Assembly (NCBI RefSeq): GCF_006345805.1 | Contig: NC_042997.1 | Span: 169,570,001 to 169,634,000 of the forward strand | Length of the DNA: 64,000 nt | DNA from: Octopus sinensis | Taxonomy: Eukaryota | Direction: 5' to 3' | In this document: positions 1 to 12,629 of the stretch, one piece after another | How positions within the stretch are numbered: the first letter of the stretch is position 1 | How the letters are laid out: each line of letters opens with the position of its first letter | The notes under the pieces: generated by a model | What the model saw: only the letters and a program-made list of their open reading frames with translations | Told to the model about the DNA's origin: nothing | Databases searched by the model: none | Made by a program: the position numbers and the translations under genes

Positions 1-68
1 TTATGACACGACAAAATCCTATAGAAAGTCAGTTTATTACAAGCCTAACTGATAATTTGAACGCTGAG
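1..68 (+). CDS. ASCC3: ASCC3 exon A (5' part outside window)
   Basis: Frame from nt 3 reads MTRQNPIESQFITSLTDNLNAE, then donor GTAGGT at 69; matches the ASCC3/Brr2 PIESQF..L.DNLNAE motif. Confidence 0.93.
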
Positions 69-813
69 GTAGGTGATCATTGTTTTTATATTTTTGTAAC
101 ATCATTATATTTCAAAATACACTTAATAAATACTGTCTTAGAGTAGTTGTAAATTGGGGGAGAAATAGGTGCAGTTATAAAGGAAGCAAAGGCCTTGTTG
201 GCAATGAAAAAATATTTTGTTGGTGATATCCAAGAACTTATTCTTGATTAAACCCTGAATCAAGTATGTGTATTTATGATACCAGTTTGAATATAAGATT
301 AAGGCTGAGTTTCTAATTCCTAATGAAGTAATCCCCATCTTTTATGAGATTTACAGAACCAGTATGCTTCATCAAAATCCTGATAGTCACTTGAAAGTTT
401 TATGTCTATAAGCAAGAAAAATGAACTGTGTAGAAACTGTTTCATGTAGTGTCATTCTTTTTTAACAAATTGATGTTAGTGCTGTCTGAGTGGTTGACTT
501 CCTATTACTATTATCAATATTGCCTGCTTACATGTAACAGTGACAAAACTTGTTCATGTCATGGTTGTTGGACAGTAACTGCTTATGTAGTCATAGTGTA
601 TAATTCTAACAGAGAGGTCGGAACACTTTGAGACAGCTACTTGATGACTTTTCCAAATGCTCTTCATATTTGGCCAGCTCATGCTGTTCTTTCTTCATTT
701 ATGAACTGGTCAGAAAAGATGCACAGGGTATGAAATGAATAGGAACCATGATGATTGTTGCATATATGAACAGTTCTTTCAGTAAACCTTTATTGCTAGC
801 ACCATAGCAAACT

Positions 814-1013
814 AGATAAAGGAGGACCTCTCTGAACTCTCAGGTCCGCAGGTGGTCGGTTTGCACAGATGGAACTGCGAATTGCTCGCTATCTCCAGTG
901 ACCTCGCACAGGACTGTCGAGCGTGGGCCACCATGGTTCGTGATGCTGTTAGGACCAGAGAAGAAGCCGGTTCAACCCGCCCTGGGTGAATGCCATCACA
1001 AGTACAAGTACAA
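814..1013 (+). mobile_element. 5'-truncated RTE-clade LINE 3' end (family ending GSTRPG*)
   Basis: Reads IKEDLSELSGPQVVGLHRW...AQDCRAWATMVRD...AGSTRPG*, then a (CAAGTA)n tail; 11-bp TSD CATAGCAAACT at 803-813 and 1014-1024. Confidence 0.8.
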
Positions 1014-1188
1014 CATAGCAAACTGAACCTTGCTGGTCTATCATAATGCTAACCTGCAGCAAAATCATTAGCTAGATGTTTTGCCACTCTGGTGAGACTG
1101 AAAACATAATGGATCAAAATGCACATGCTAAGCAATAAATATTTATTTATTTCCTTTTGTTCTAATAAATTAAGGATATAAAACAATA

Positions 1189-1404
1189 CGAGGGGGTGCT
1201 GAAAAGTTCCTGGCTTTGAGTAAAAGAAAATGCAGGAGGATCAGTTAATTATGATTTTATTCAACATATTTCCATTTCAGATTCACACACTTATTTCGAT
1301 GGTCCTTCACTTTTTCTAAGCCCTGTAAAAGAACTCAGAAGGTTGAGCCTCCAACCAGGCCTTTAACAATACCCTTAAAACCAGGAACCTTTCAGTACCA
1401 CTCA
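1189..1404. mobile_element. Tc1/mariner-type MITE (~215 bp), family copy 1
   Basis: Terminal inverted repeats CGAGGGGGTGCTGAAAAGTTCCTGG / CCAGGAACCTTTCAGTACCACTCA, preceded by TA; same family at 37914 and 52200 in the opposite orientation. Confidence 0.85.
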
Positions 1405-1529
1405 TCGATCTTGCAATGTCTGTAAATTTATCTTTTCTGTAAGATTGTTATTAAATAAGCAATTATTTGATAGCAGTTAAGTAAATTCTTGGAAATTTCT
1501 GAAAAACTAAGTTGGTTGTTGTTTTCTAG

Positions 1530-1649
1530 ATTGCTCTTGGTACAGTTTCTAATGTAGAAGAAGCAGTGAAGTGGCTCAGCTACACTTACTTGTTTGTGAG
1601 AATGCGATGTAATCCAATGGTTTATGGGATACCTTATAACAAATTGGAG
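1530..1649 (+). CDS. ASCC3: ASCC3 exon B (120 nt, phase 0-0)
   Basis: ttttctag|[40 protein letters not shown]|gtaatt; winged-helix region. Confidence 0.95.
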
Positions 1650-1789
1650 GTAATTTCATTCAGTATTATTTTACATTTTCGTATATATGTATTCGATAGT
1701 TACTTACCATATTGTTCTCATTTATTTGCTGTTTTATATTCAGTCATTTACTCATCTCTGTGAAATCACCCAGCTTACTTGTTAGGGGT

Positions 1790-2050
1790 ATTCAGCTCAT
1801 GATCGTAAGGTCATGAGTTTGATACCCAGCAGTGTGTTGTATCCTTGACCAATACACTATCTCATATTGCTCCAATTCACTCAGCTGACAAAGATGAGTT
1901 GTATATGTGTTATTCAAAGGGCCAGCTTTGTCACATTCTGTGTAATGCTGAATCTCCCTGAGAACTACATTAAGAGTATGCACATTAATTTTGCGAGCAG
2001 TTGTTCGGGAAGCAAGATGTTCAGAATATGATAGATGCCTGACAGCAGGT
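1790..2050 (+). mobile_element. Degenerate CORE-type tRNA SINE
   Basis: gtgttgtatccttgaccaatacact...ttgctccaattcactcagctg resembles the body of the SINE at 26681. Confidence 0.55.
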
Positions 2051-3157
2051 ATTCTCATAATCTGACTAATAACGAAATAAAAAACATTTTCTTGTGTCTT
2101 CTCATTATCAACATAAATTTTGTACTAAAACAAAACAAGCTAAAATTGTTGAATGAGTTATGATAAAGAAGATGTTCATAGAAACTCCAAGGTTTATAGG
2201 AAATAGGAGTAATTTGATTGGTCAATTTATTCTGTCATTTGCAAAATATAAAATTGTATGATATTTCTGTGATTATCCATCATTTGCTCCTTCTCACTCT
2301 CTCTTCTCCATTTCTCCTTTCTACATCACTCCAATCAGTCTCTCTCGCTTATTTTTTACCTTTCACCATTGTTCATATGCAGATACACTTTGTCCTGCTC
2401 ACTCTGCACTGAATGGAGGCTGTGAAACGAAGGTTTCACATTGCACTGAATGGAGGCTGTGAAAGGATGTGGGCCCTCTTTTGTTGTGTGAGATAGAAGG
2501 TACCTTCACTCAGCGAGGGTATTGTAGAGTGATTGGTGAATGGGTGGAGACTGTAAAGTTAGGAGGACCCTTTGATCTCTTTTGAGGATGACAACCATTC
2601 TAGTGTTAACACCACAATAAAATGAACCCAATATACTCTTTAAAATGGTTGGTGATAGGAAGAGTATCCAGTGGTAAAAACCATGCTAAATTGAAACATA
2701 TGAGTGAAATATGGTCTCTGAAAGTCTCAGAGAGCAGTGAGTCCAAATGGGAACTGACTTGGAGTATGACTAGCTATCCAACCAATGCCAGCATGGAAAG
2801 ATGTAAAGTGATGTTGATAGATATGAAATTAATGTTGTTGTTTAGCCTTAAACCAGCCCTGACCAAACATACCTATGAAAGACAACTCAATTATGACCAT
2901 CCCATCTTATTTGCAGGTGTAGTACATATACTGTAGGATTACATTATTCATTGTGTCCTTCACTTTTTATGACTTCAAGGTGTTTAGAGAGATTTGGCTG
3001 TTATTTCTAGCAGGTTGAGTGATGAGATAGAAACTTTATTGGTTTGATGAAATTAATTTTAATTTGATCATTGAAACATAAATTTATGAAAATAGTAATA
3101 TAATCTATTTTATACTTCAACTGAATAATAAGTTAATAAATAACTTCAATTTTGCAG

Positions 3158-3322
3158 GAGGATCCCAATCTGTATTTGTACAGGAAAAAACTTGTCTATG
3201 ATGCTGCTCGTAATCTGGATAAGACGCAAATGATTCGTTTCAGTGAAGTAACAGAGAACTTTTCTTCAACAGATCTTGGAAGAATTGCAAGTCATTTCTA
3301 TATTAAATATGCTACAGTTGAG
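3158..3322 (+). CDS. ASCC3: ASCC3 exon C (165 nt, phase 0-0)
   Basis: tttgcag|EDPNLYLYRKKLVYDAARNLDKTQMIRF...STDLGRIASHFYIKYATVE|gtaatt. Confidence 0.95.
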
Positions 3323-3650
3323 GTAATTATTGTTTGATTTAAATGAAATCTATTTTCACTCAATATAAACATCTGTTCAGAGAGTGAGAGAGATAAAGAC
3401 AGAAGCATGGTGAGAAAGAGAGATGGGTCCTAGATCTGCTCTATAATGCCCCGTTGTAATGGACCTCTTTTGAATGTTTAAATATATTGAGAGATTTTTT
3501 TTTGTTGGTTGTGTATTAAAATATATTAGGGCAAAATATATTTGTCATGAAAAATAGCATCAGAGGATTTAATTTAATGAATTCATATATATCAATACAT
3601 ACCTGTGTTGGTAGGAATTACTATAGTCGGATGCTCTTTCAAATACAAGT

Positions 3651-3878
3651 CGTTGCTATTATGCAAAAGTGTTGTAAGTCCAAAACATTGCTTTTTCAGA
3701 AAACAAAAAAATAGTTTCACCATTCCATAGCAAAACTGTTGTACTACACTTTGACAGTCTTTGATATCTTGGCATCTGAAGCAGCTGGAGATACGATTGT
3801 TTGACCAAAAGAACCAGCTATTGAAAAAATGCATTTGACCAAATTTGGACATACAACAGTTTGACATTATAGCAACAA
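3651..3878. mobile_element. MITE with ~35-bp imperfect TIRs
   Basis: cgttgctattatgcaaaagtgttgtaagtccaaa versus reverse complement tgttgctataatgtcaaactgttgtatgtccaaa; second, interrupted copy at 15099-16299. Confidence 0.7.
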
Positions 3879-4040
3879 AGTAAATTCATCATAAATCAGA
3901 TTATCTCTATTTCCTCTCTGGTTTTATTTTTCATTTTATTTATTACAGCCACTTTTCTAAACTAGTGCTAATGAATATGCTTATTTGGCTGTGTTGGAAT
4001 CAATGTTTAAACTACCAATTAGCTGTAGATTTATTTTTAT

Positions 4041-4200
4041 ATAGGCACAGGCATAGCTGTGTGGTAAGAAGTTTCCTTCTCGACCACATGGTTTCAGGTT
4101 CAGTTCCACTGCATGGCACTTGGACCAGTTTCTTCTATAGCCCTGGGCCAACCTAAATTTTATTGGATTTGGTAGATGGAGACTGAAAGAAGCCCATCAT
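4041..4200 (+). mobile_element. tRNA-derived SINE head (family with internal microsatellite), degenerate
   Basis: aggcacaggcatagctgtgtggtaaga...ggttcagttccactgc...gatttggtagatggagactgaaagaagccc; homologous to 22356-22521. Confidence 0.75.
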
Positions 4201-4654
4201 ATGTGTATATATGTATGCATGTGTGTCGGGGTCACTGTTTCTATGATTTGACGTCACATGATATTTGTAAGCCAGTGTCATCATCATGCGTGGGATGTCC
4301 TTTGTTTCCAATCTTCAATGAAAATATGTCTGTCCATGGGGAAATATTACCTTAGTTGGAAACATGAGGGTTGGTGACAGGAAAGGCATCCAGCTCAACA
4401 AATTCTCTGACTCATATAAGCATGGAAAAAGTGGACATTAGAACAATGTTGTTGATTAGCAACCAGATTATTGTGCATTGTTTAGATATGGCACAAATTG
4501 CTGGAACAGTGCTTAGAAACAGCAGACTGCTTCACCACGTGATTGTATGATTTGCAGTTCAGCTCTTCAATGACTTTTTCCCTCTTTTATTTTTTTTTTA
4601 ATTTTTGCTATTAATTCATGAATGATCTTTCTCTCTCTCTCTCTCAGTATCATA

Positions 4655-6185
4655 CGAGGAGTTATCAAAAAGTTCCCAGACTAGATCTGTAGCGCACCAA
4701 GAGATGACAGTACATTGTTGTGTGCACAGTGAGAGCTAGCAGTGACCTTCATGAGCCAGTGTGCTGAGTGACATCGCTGTGTTTACTTTGAAAGTTGTGA
4801 AATTTATGTTTTTGTGACTGTGTGTATGCTTTAGTCTGTGATTTTGTCATGGACGGGAAGTTGGAACAAAGATCAAACATGAAATTTTGTGTTCAACTTT
4901 GGAAGTCTGCTACAGAGACATTGAGCATGCTTTGACAATCTTTCTGTGATGAGGCAATGGGTCATACGCAATGTTTTGAGTGGCACGGGTACTTCAAAAG
5001 TGGGAGAATGTCCCTGGAAGACCTGCCATCTCCAGAAATGAGAAACTTCATCAGCTTGTGCATGAGGATCACTGGAGGACAATCACTGACATTGCTGCTG
5101 CTGTTAGTCTGTCATATAGGTCTGTGCAGGCAGTCCTAACTTCTGAATTGAACATGTGGCATGTCTCTGCCAAGTTTGTCCCCCACTTGCTGACCACTGA
5201 GCAGAAAGAACATTGCATTGAAGTCTGTCAAGATTTCCATCAGCATGCCGCTGACAATCCATTCTTCATGTCAAGGATTATCACTGATGCCGAGAGTCAG
5301 ATCTGTAGGTATGACCTTGAGATGAAGCAGCAGTCGTTGGCGAAAGCGATGTGGTGGACAATGAAATACCTGGCTGATGACAGTCAAGGCTGATCTGGAA
5401 CACAACCTAGGCCCCCATATCTACGGTGTTTGCCGCTGGAATAAGGAGTGGTTGGAGATCACGCGGCCGTTAGCCTCAAATCGCCAGGCCTGGTCGGCGT
5501 TTGTGAAGATGTAGCATTGAGGATGAATGAAGCCAGCTCAACCCACCCCGGGTGAATGCTGACAAGTAGTAGTAAGTAGTAGCAGTCGTCACACTGGAAG
5601 AGCCCTTCATCTCCATGACTGAAGAAGACACAACAGAGCCACAGCCCAATCAAGAGCATGCTCATTGTTGTTTTCATCATCTGCGTTATTGTGCATTGAG
5701 AATTCATCCCCCAGGGCCAGACTATCAATCAACAGTTCTACTGCAATGTTTTGAAGCATTTGAGGGAAGACATTTGGCAAAACTGACTGGATCTGTGGAG
5801 CGTAAAGAATTGGATACTTCGCGATGACAGTGCAGCTTGTCACTATGCTCTCTTCACTTGTGAGTTTCCCACCAAAAACAACATGGTATCGTTTCGGCCC
5901 CTACCCATTTCACCTGATTTAGCACCCGCAGACTTATATTTCTTCCCTAAGATGAAAAAGCAGCTCAAAGGTCACTGTTGTCAATATCCAGAGCAAATCA
6001 CAGAAGGTCATAGACTCACTTACGGAAAATGACCTCCAGGTTGGATTCCAAAAATGGTAGGAACACTGAGACTGGTGTATTGCTGTGCAAGGTGATTATT
6101 TTGAAAGAGATGACGTTAAAACTTAGGTAAATAAGTTATTTTTTATTAAGTATAACTACTCCGGGAACTTTTTGATACTACCTCA
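4655..6185 (+). mobile_element. Full-length mariner element with decayed transposase, interrupted by an RTE fragment
   Basis: TIRs CGAGGAGTTATCAAAAAGTTCCC / GGGAACTTTTTGATACTACCTCA, TA on both sides; motifs AKFVPHLLT, YDLEMKQQSSHW (rejoined across the insert), SPDLAPAD; about 1.28 kb without the insert. Confidence 0.92.
5338..5580 (+). mobile_element. 5'-truncated RTE 3' end related to 814-1013, inserted in the mariner
   Basis: 9-bp TSD AGCAGTCGT at 5329-5337 and 5581-5589; reads TVKADLEHNLGPHIYGVCRWNKEW...NRQAWSAFV; ends tcaacccaccccgggtgaatgc plus (AGT)n. Confidence 0.82.
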
Positions 6186-6363
6186 TATATCTCATTGTCT
6201 TAGTGTTGACAAATTCGTTTTTTAATGCTGATTTTAGAACCTTTATTTCAATAATGATGTTAAAAATATACACACTTTTGCATAATTCAGTGTCCAAATT
6301 ATGTGTTAGTATATATTTGAAACTGAAAAAAAATTCTAACTGAATATTTTTCTTTTATTTCAG

Positions 6364-6450
6364 ACTGTAAATGAATTTTTCCTTCCACAAATGTCTGAGA
6401 ATCAAGTGCTCAATATAGTGTCAAAGGCCCAAGAATTTGAACCAATTAAA
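6364..6450 (+). CDS. ASCC3: ASCC3 exon D (87 nt, phase 0-0; absent from the ORF track)
   Basis: tttcag|TVNEFFLPQMSENQVLNIVSKAQEFEPIK|gtaatt; start of Sec63 domain. Confidence 0.92.
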
Positions 6451-7853
6451 GTAATTTTCTGTTTTGCAAAATAATTTCTTGTATTCATTACTATGACATA
6501 GTTCAAATGTTTTTGACTTCAAGTGAATCTGGCTATATCTAACTTGGTAATGCCACCTGATGAAATCTTACATTATCTATCATTCATATGCTAAAACCAT
6601 GGTGCCATGTAAAAAAGCATTAGTGTGGGTGAAGGTGTCCTGTAAAATGTAAAGCAGTTAGGATTAAAAAGGGCATCCAGCTATAGAAACCATGCCAAAG
6701 CAGACTATGGAACCTTGTGTGGCCCCTGTCCTTGCCTGTTCCTGTCAAGTCATCCAACCCATGCTGGTATGGAAAACATACATTAAATGATGATGGTGAT
6801 GATGTATATGTTGTCTATACAATAGTTTTCCTAATGTCCTAACTCTTGTTTTGTTTGCTTTAAGTTATTTTAAGTCATTAATCAAAGAGTCAGCCTGAAC
6901 AGCTTTGTTGAATAGAGGTAAAAAATATCTATATCTTCTAGAATTGAGCAACATTGTATAATGTTTACCTCGTTGCCAGTGTTCTATAGATTTTTTTGTT
7001 AAACGTTTCTGCTGACAAAACACCAATTTGGAATTTGTTTAAAGAATCTGGTATTTAGATGCTATTATTGACTTAAATACTGTACTAGTATTTAGTTTAC
7101 TGGTTCTTGAAGAATGAACTTAGCTGTGTGTGGAATTAAACTTACAGAAGTTGATCCCTTTCTATGAATTGTTCCAAATCACTGCCTGATATCTCTTACT
7201 GAAAAAGTGAATAATTTCATTATTTGAACCATTACATTATCTGTAATTCTTAGATCTGAATTGAATTCTTTTTGAGGTCTGCATTTATTAATCAGAAAGG
7301 AGAAATGTTTTCTATTATTAAATCTAAAATGTACCTTCATATTTTGATTGATTGCACTACTTTTGTGATAGTATGTTTATTACATTTTAAGGGCAAAGCT
7401 CTTAAACCTTTTAGTTATAATATGTCCATCTATGATTACTTTGATGTAACCTCTTTTTCTTCCAAGTTTCTACGATTTTCAAGTTTTTTAAAATAAGTTC
7501 ACATTGGAACTACAGAATATCTTTCAGAGCCACTTTTTTCTATTTTGTATAAAGGTATAAGAGAGTTCATTTGAAAAATAAAATATTGTTGCATTAAGTA
7601 TAGTGAGAGGGAAAAGTCAACAGGAATAACTCAATGGAAATGGAGAGAAAATTTGGTAGCATAGACAGGTGGGCTGAATAATGTCAAATATGAATAGATA
7701 GGGGTCGATGTTAAGAATGAAGGATATATTTATAATCTAAGCTTCTTACATGTATTTCTCAACTTTTATGTGTTATTATTCTATATCTAACTACTTCATC
7801 ACTTGTCAATTAACAAAATTATTACTAAATTTTTTTCTCTATGTTGGTTATAG

Positions 7854-8030
7854 GTTCGCAAAGAAGAATTGGAAGAACTTGAAAGGATTCACATTGAAGA
7901 GTGTGTAATGCCTGTTGCATTAGGAATGGAAAATGCTCCTGGCAAAGTTAATATCCTTATTCAGTCATATGTATCACGTGTGAGCCTTGAGAATTTCTCA
8001 TTGGTTTCTGATCAAGCATTTGTGGCTCAG
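7854..8030 (+). CDS. ASCC3: ASCC3 exon E (177 nt, phase 0-0)
   Basis: ttatag|VRKEELEEL...GKVNILIQSYVSRVSLENFSLVSDQAFVAQ|gtaaga. Confidence 0.95.
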
Positions 8031-8185
8031 GTAAGATTTTACTGTGATTTTTACATTTAAAAAAAAAAAATCTGATAAAGTTGTGCCATTTAAATATAAA
8101 GTATCTGGAGTTTTTTTTTTATTACATTTCTATTTCACGAGTATTTATCTTTTGTAATCTTATGGCACATGCATATACATACACA

Positions 8186-11100
8186 CATCATCATCATCAT
8201 CATCCGTTCTCCATGCTAGCATGGGTTGGACGGTTCGACCGGGGATCTGGGAAGCCAGAAGGCTGCACCAGGCTCCAGTCTTATCTGGCAATGTTTCTAC
8301 AGCTGGATGTCCTTCCTAACGCCAACCACTCCGTCAGTGTAGTGGGTGGTTTTTACGTGCCACCTGCACAGGTGCCAGGCGAGGCTGGCAACGGCCACGG
8401 TCAGATTGGTGTATTTTATGTGCCACCGGCACGGAAGCCAGTCAAAACGGCACTGGCATCGGCCACGAGTCGGATAGTGCTTTTTACGTACCACCAGACC
8501 AGGGATCCTGGCTGGTTCAATTCAATTTCGATTTCGCTTGCCCCAACATGTCTTCGCAACGGCGCTGGCATCAGCCACGAGTCGGATAGTGCTTTTTACA
8601 TACCACCAGACCAGGGATCCTGGTTGGTTCAATTCGATTTCGATTTCGCTTGCCCCAACAGGTCTTCGCAAGCAAAGAGCATGGGTGCCTGTCATCGGAT
8701 GAGGTTCTATATCGACTTCGCTTGCCTCAACAGGTCTTTGTGTCCAAGGGAGGAAAGGCATGCATAAGTGGGCTGGGCTCACTTGTCCTGCCTGGTCTTC
8801 TCACGTACTGCATATTTCCAAAGGTCTCGGTCGCTGGTCATTTCCTCAGTGAGGCCTAAAGTTCGAAGGTCGCGCTTCACCACCTCGTCCCAGGTTTTCC
8901 TGGGTCTACCTCTTCTATGGGTTCCCTCAACTGCTAGGGATTGGCACTTTCTCACACACCTATCTTCATCCATTCTCGCCACATGTCCATACCAGCGCAA
9001 TCGTCTCTCTTGCACACCACAACTGATGCTTCTTAGGTACAACATTTCTCTCTAGGTACTAACGCTCTGTCGAGTATGTACACTGACGTTACACATCCAT
9101 CGGAGCATACTGGCTTCATTCCTCACAAGCTTACACATGTCTTCAGCAGTCACGGCCCATGTTTCACTGCCATGTAGCATGGCTGTTCGTACACATGCAT
9201 CATACAGTCTGCCTTTTACTCTGAGCGAGAGGCCTTTAGTCACCAGCAGAGGTAAGAGCTCCCTAAACTTTGCCCAGGCTATTCTTATTCTAGCAGTTAC
9301 ACTTTCAGCGCACCCACCCCCACGACTGACTTGGTCACCTAGATAACGGAAGCTATCAACTACTTCTAGTTTTTCCCCCTGGAAAGTGACGGAAGTTGTT
9401 TTCTGCAGATTTTCGGAGGTTAATGCTCCCGAGCATCTGCCACATACAAAAACTATCTTCCCAGTTAGCCTACCTTTGACATTGCTGCACCTCTTATGTG
9501 TCCATAGCTTACACTGGGTACATCTTATAGAGTTTCTACCTACACCTTTTCTGCAGATCGAGCAGGGCCATCTTCCTGAAGACATTTGTGGATTGTCTAC
9601 CTTCCTACTTATTAGTACTTTGGTTTTAGCTAGGTTGACTCTAAGGCCCCTCGATTCTAAACCCTCCTTCCACACCTGGAACTTCTCCTCCAGTTCTGAT
9701 AGTGACTCAGCAATTAGAGCAAGGTCGTCAGCATAGAGGAGCTCCCAGGGGCAACCTGTCTTGAATTCCTCTGTAATTGCCTGGAGGACTATGATAAATA
9801 GGAGGGGGCTGAGTACTGAACCCTGGTGGACCCCAACCTCTACTTTGAATTCTTCTGTGTACATGTTGCCAACCCTAACCTTACTTACGGCATCTCTGTA
9901 CATGGCTTGCACAGCCCTCACCAGCCATTCATCTATCCCTAGTTTCCTCATTGACGACCAGATAAGGGATCGGGGGACCCTATCAAAGGCTTTCTCCTTG
10001 TCAACGAAAGCCAGGTACAGGGGCTTATCTTTGGCTAGGTATTTCTCCTGCAGCTGCCTTACCGGGAATATAGCATCAGTGGTACTTTTCCCTGGCACAA
10101 ACCCAAACTGCATCTCATCTAAACTAACTCTCTCTCTAATTAGTTGGGCTATGACCCTCTCCGTAACCTTCATTACCTGATCCAACAGCTTGATACCTCT
10201 GTAATTATTTGTATCTAGGGCATCACCTTTACCTTTGTAGCAGTTGACTAGTATGCTGCTACACCAGTCATTGGGTATGACTCCTTCGTGTATCACCTGG
10301 TTGACTATACGGGTGACTAGGTTATAGCCGACACTGCCAGATGTTTTGAGCATCTCTGCAGTAATTCCTGAAGGACCTGGGGCTTTCCCTGTCTTCATGC
10401 TTCTAATTGCCTTAGCTACCATGGAACTATCAACTCGGATAGCTGGTCCCTCTGTTGGGTCAACATTCGGCAGACTCTCTTTATCCCATTCATTTTCTTT
10501 ATTCAGCAACCTTTCATAGTGGCATCTCCAAACCTCTCTCTTTGCATCCTCATTTAGTGCAAGTGAACCATCATCCATGCGAACACACTTCTCTCCTACC
10601 ACATCACGATTCTCTCTCACACACTGTCTTGCAACACGAAGTACCTCAAGTCTTTCATCCTCACGGCTCAGAACATTGGCAAATTTTTTCTTATCCGCTT
10701 CCCCTATGGCTAAATAAACCTGTCTCCTAGCTTCCCTTCTGGCTGTCTGATACAATTCCCTGATACCACCGTTCTTCCAGTCCCTCCAAGCCTGTTTCTT
10801 TTGTCTAATAGCCCTGTCCACCACATTGTTCCACCACCACGTTACTCTGGGTCGAGACGGGACTTTGCTCCATCCACAGATCTGGTCAGTGGCTGTCAGC
10901 AGATTGTCCCGTAGAAATCTCCAGTTGTCTTCCACATTAAGTGAAGCTATATCTCCTTCTATTTCGTCAAAGGCTTCAAGTAGTATGTCTCTAAATCTCT
11001 GTCCATTTGCAGGATCTTTAAGCTTCCAGACCCTTCTCCTCCAAGCTGGTCTTCTTCTGGGCAACCATTTAGCTCTGATCCTGATGTCGCTAACTACTAA

Positions 11101-11765
11101 TCTATGTTGAGGAGTACATTCTTTGCCTGGAAAGGTTTTGGCATTTATAAGCAGCCCTCTTTCCCTCTTTCTGGTGAGGATGTAGTCAATCTGACTAGTG
11201 TGTCTGCCAGAACGGTAGGTGACTAGGTGAGAGGCGGGTTTCCTGAAGTTGGTATTGCAAACCATAAGGTCATTTGCATCGCAGAACTCCAGCAGCCTGG
11301 TTCCCTCCTCATTTCGAGAGCCAAAACCTTAGCCACCATGAACGCCATAGAAGCCCCCGACATGCCGGCCAACATGTCCATTGAAATCACCTGCCACAAA
11401 GAGAAGGTCACTATCATTTGTCAACGAGGTAGTTCGCAATAGGGAGTCATAGAATTGGTCTTTCTGTCCTTCCGGTAGCCCTGGTTGAGGGGCATATGCT
11501 TAGATGATGGTAGCTGACCTATGGTGAAGCACTAATCTAATCTTAAGTACTCTATCATTTACTCTGACCACCTCGATTACCTTATCTACCCATTTCTCCG
11601 CAAGAAGTATACCCGCGCCCCCTACCCCGTCAGTGTTCCCTGCCCAGAAAATCTTGTACCTGTGTTCCTTGCCTGTGAGGAGCCTAGCGGAACCTCCTCT
11701 CCACCTTACTTCCTGGATGCAGCATAAATCCACACGTCTCCTTTCAAGCAGCTCTACAATCTCTA
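8186..11765 (-). mobile_element. Near-complete RTE LINE copy 1: APE endonuclease, RT with PHD insertion, repetitive 3' UTR, (GAT)n tail
   Basis: Single frame 11765->8779 with IQEVRW, AYAPQ, AGDFNGH, QIDYIL, QGSVLSPLLF, LLYADD, RRLRWYGHV, RGRPRKTW; three in-frame stops (about 11500, 11329 and 9052) and no frameshift seen. Confidence 0.96.
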
Positions 11766-11844
11766 CATATATGCACTCATATATTATATTTGATAACTTG
11801 AATAATAACGTCCTTTTTTTCATCCTTTAAAACTTCTCTTGCAG

Positions 11845-12073
11845 AATGCTGCCCGCATTGTTCGTGCACTTTTCCAAATTGCTTTGCGTAAAGGGTGGCC
11901 CATTATGGCTAATCGATTACTAAATCTTTGTAAAACAATTGATAAACGCCAGTGGCAATTTGAGAATCCTCTGAGGCAGTTCCAAAATAATTTGCCATAT
12001 GAAGTTCTTAACAAGATCGAGAAAGCAAACTTAAGTCTTGAAAAAATGAGAGAAATGACTTCAAAAGAAATTG
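11845..12073 (+). CDS. ASCC3: ASCC3 exon F (229 nt, phase 0-1)
   Basis: ttgcag|NAARIVRALFQIALRKGWP...PLRQF...MTSKEI+g|gtgagt. Confidence 0.95.
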
Positions 12074-12629
12074 GTGAGTTTTTTAAAATTTACTTCTCTC
12101 CTCACTCTTCCCTCCGATACAAACGTTTCATTGATCAAAGCTACGCCCTTCTCCACCATTCATGACCCAATTTACTGACTTTTCTGATGGCACCCAGCTG
12201 TTGAATGGTTGAATGACCAAATCCAAGCTTTTCTGTTAGTTCCTCAACAGTTACGATGGGATTTTGTTCCACCAGTGTTTGCAGGATGCCCTTGTCGAGC
12301 TCAACAGATATTCCAGGACGAGGCTAGTCTTTCTAGGCTGTAGTATCCAGCTTGTTGCGTTGCTGCCTTTATTGAAATCACAAAGCAAAATATGCTGAAT
12401 ATGCTTCTTTGTCACTTCCATTATAGATTTGAAAAAATAACTGTTAAAATTGAATTGCACTCTCCAAAACTTGCACTAAGAATAAGGATAAGGTAAAATT
12501 ACTATCTGCTTTTTTATTAGCAAGTTGATGCAGTTAGTTTATCCCATCCACCTCTGACTTTTAGTTCATGCAATTGTAAAATCAGCATTATTTATGGAAT
12601 GACTCAAAATATATATATATATATATATA

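Noticed and set aside
2405-2463. Direct repeat TGCACTGAATGGAGGCTGTGAA twice (similar small duplication at 24297-24346)
   Set aside because: Short local tandem duplications with no further structure; ordinary slippage or repair.
3155-3160. CAGGAG tandem acceptor at exon C
   Set aside because: GAG is a very weak acceptor and the first AG gives the expected protein length; no evidence of alternative use.
8081-8767. 228-aa ORF and similar ORFs (40922-41497, 43065-43469, 59806-60363)
   Set aside because: Antisense read-through of RTE 3' UTR repeats; the poly-His comes from (CAT)n. No protein-like features.
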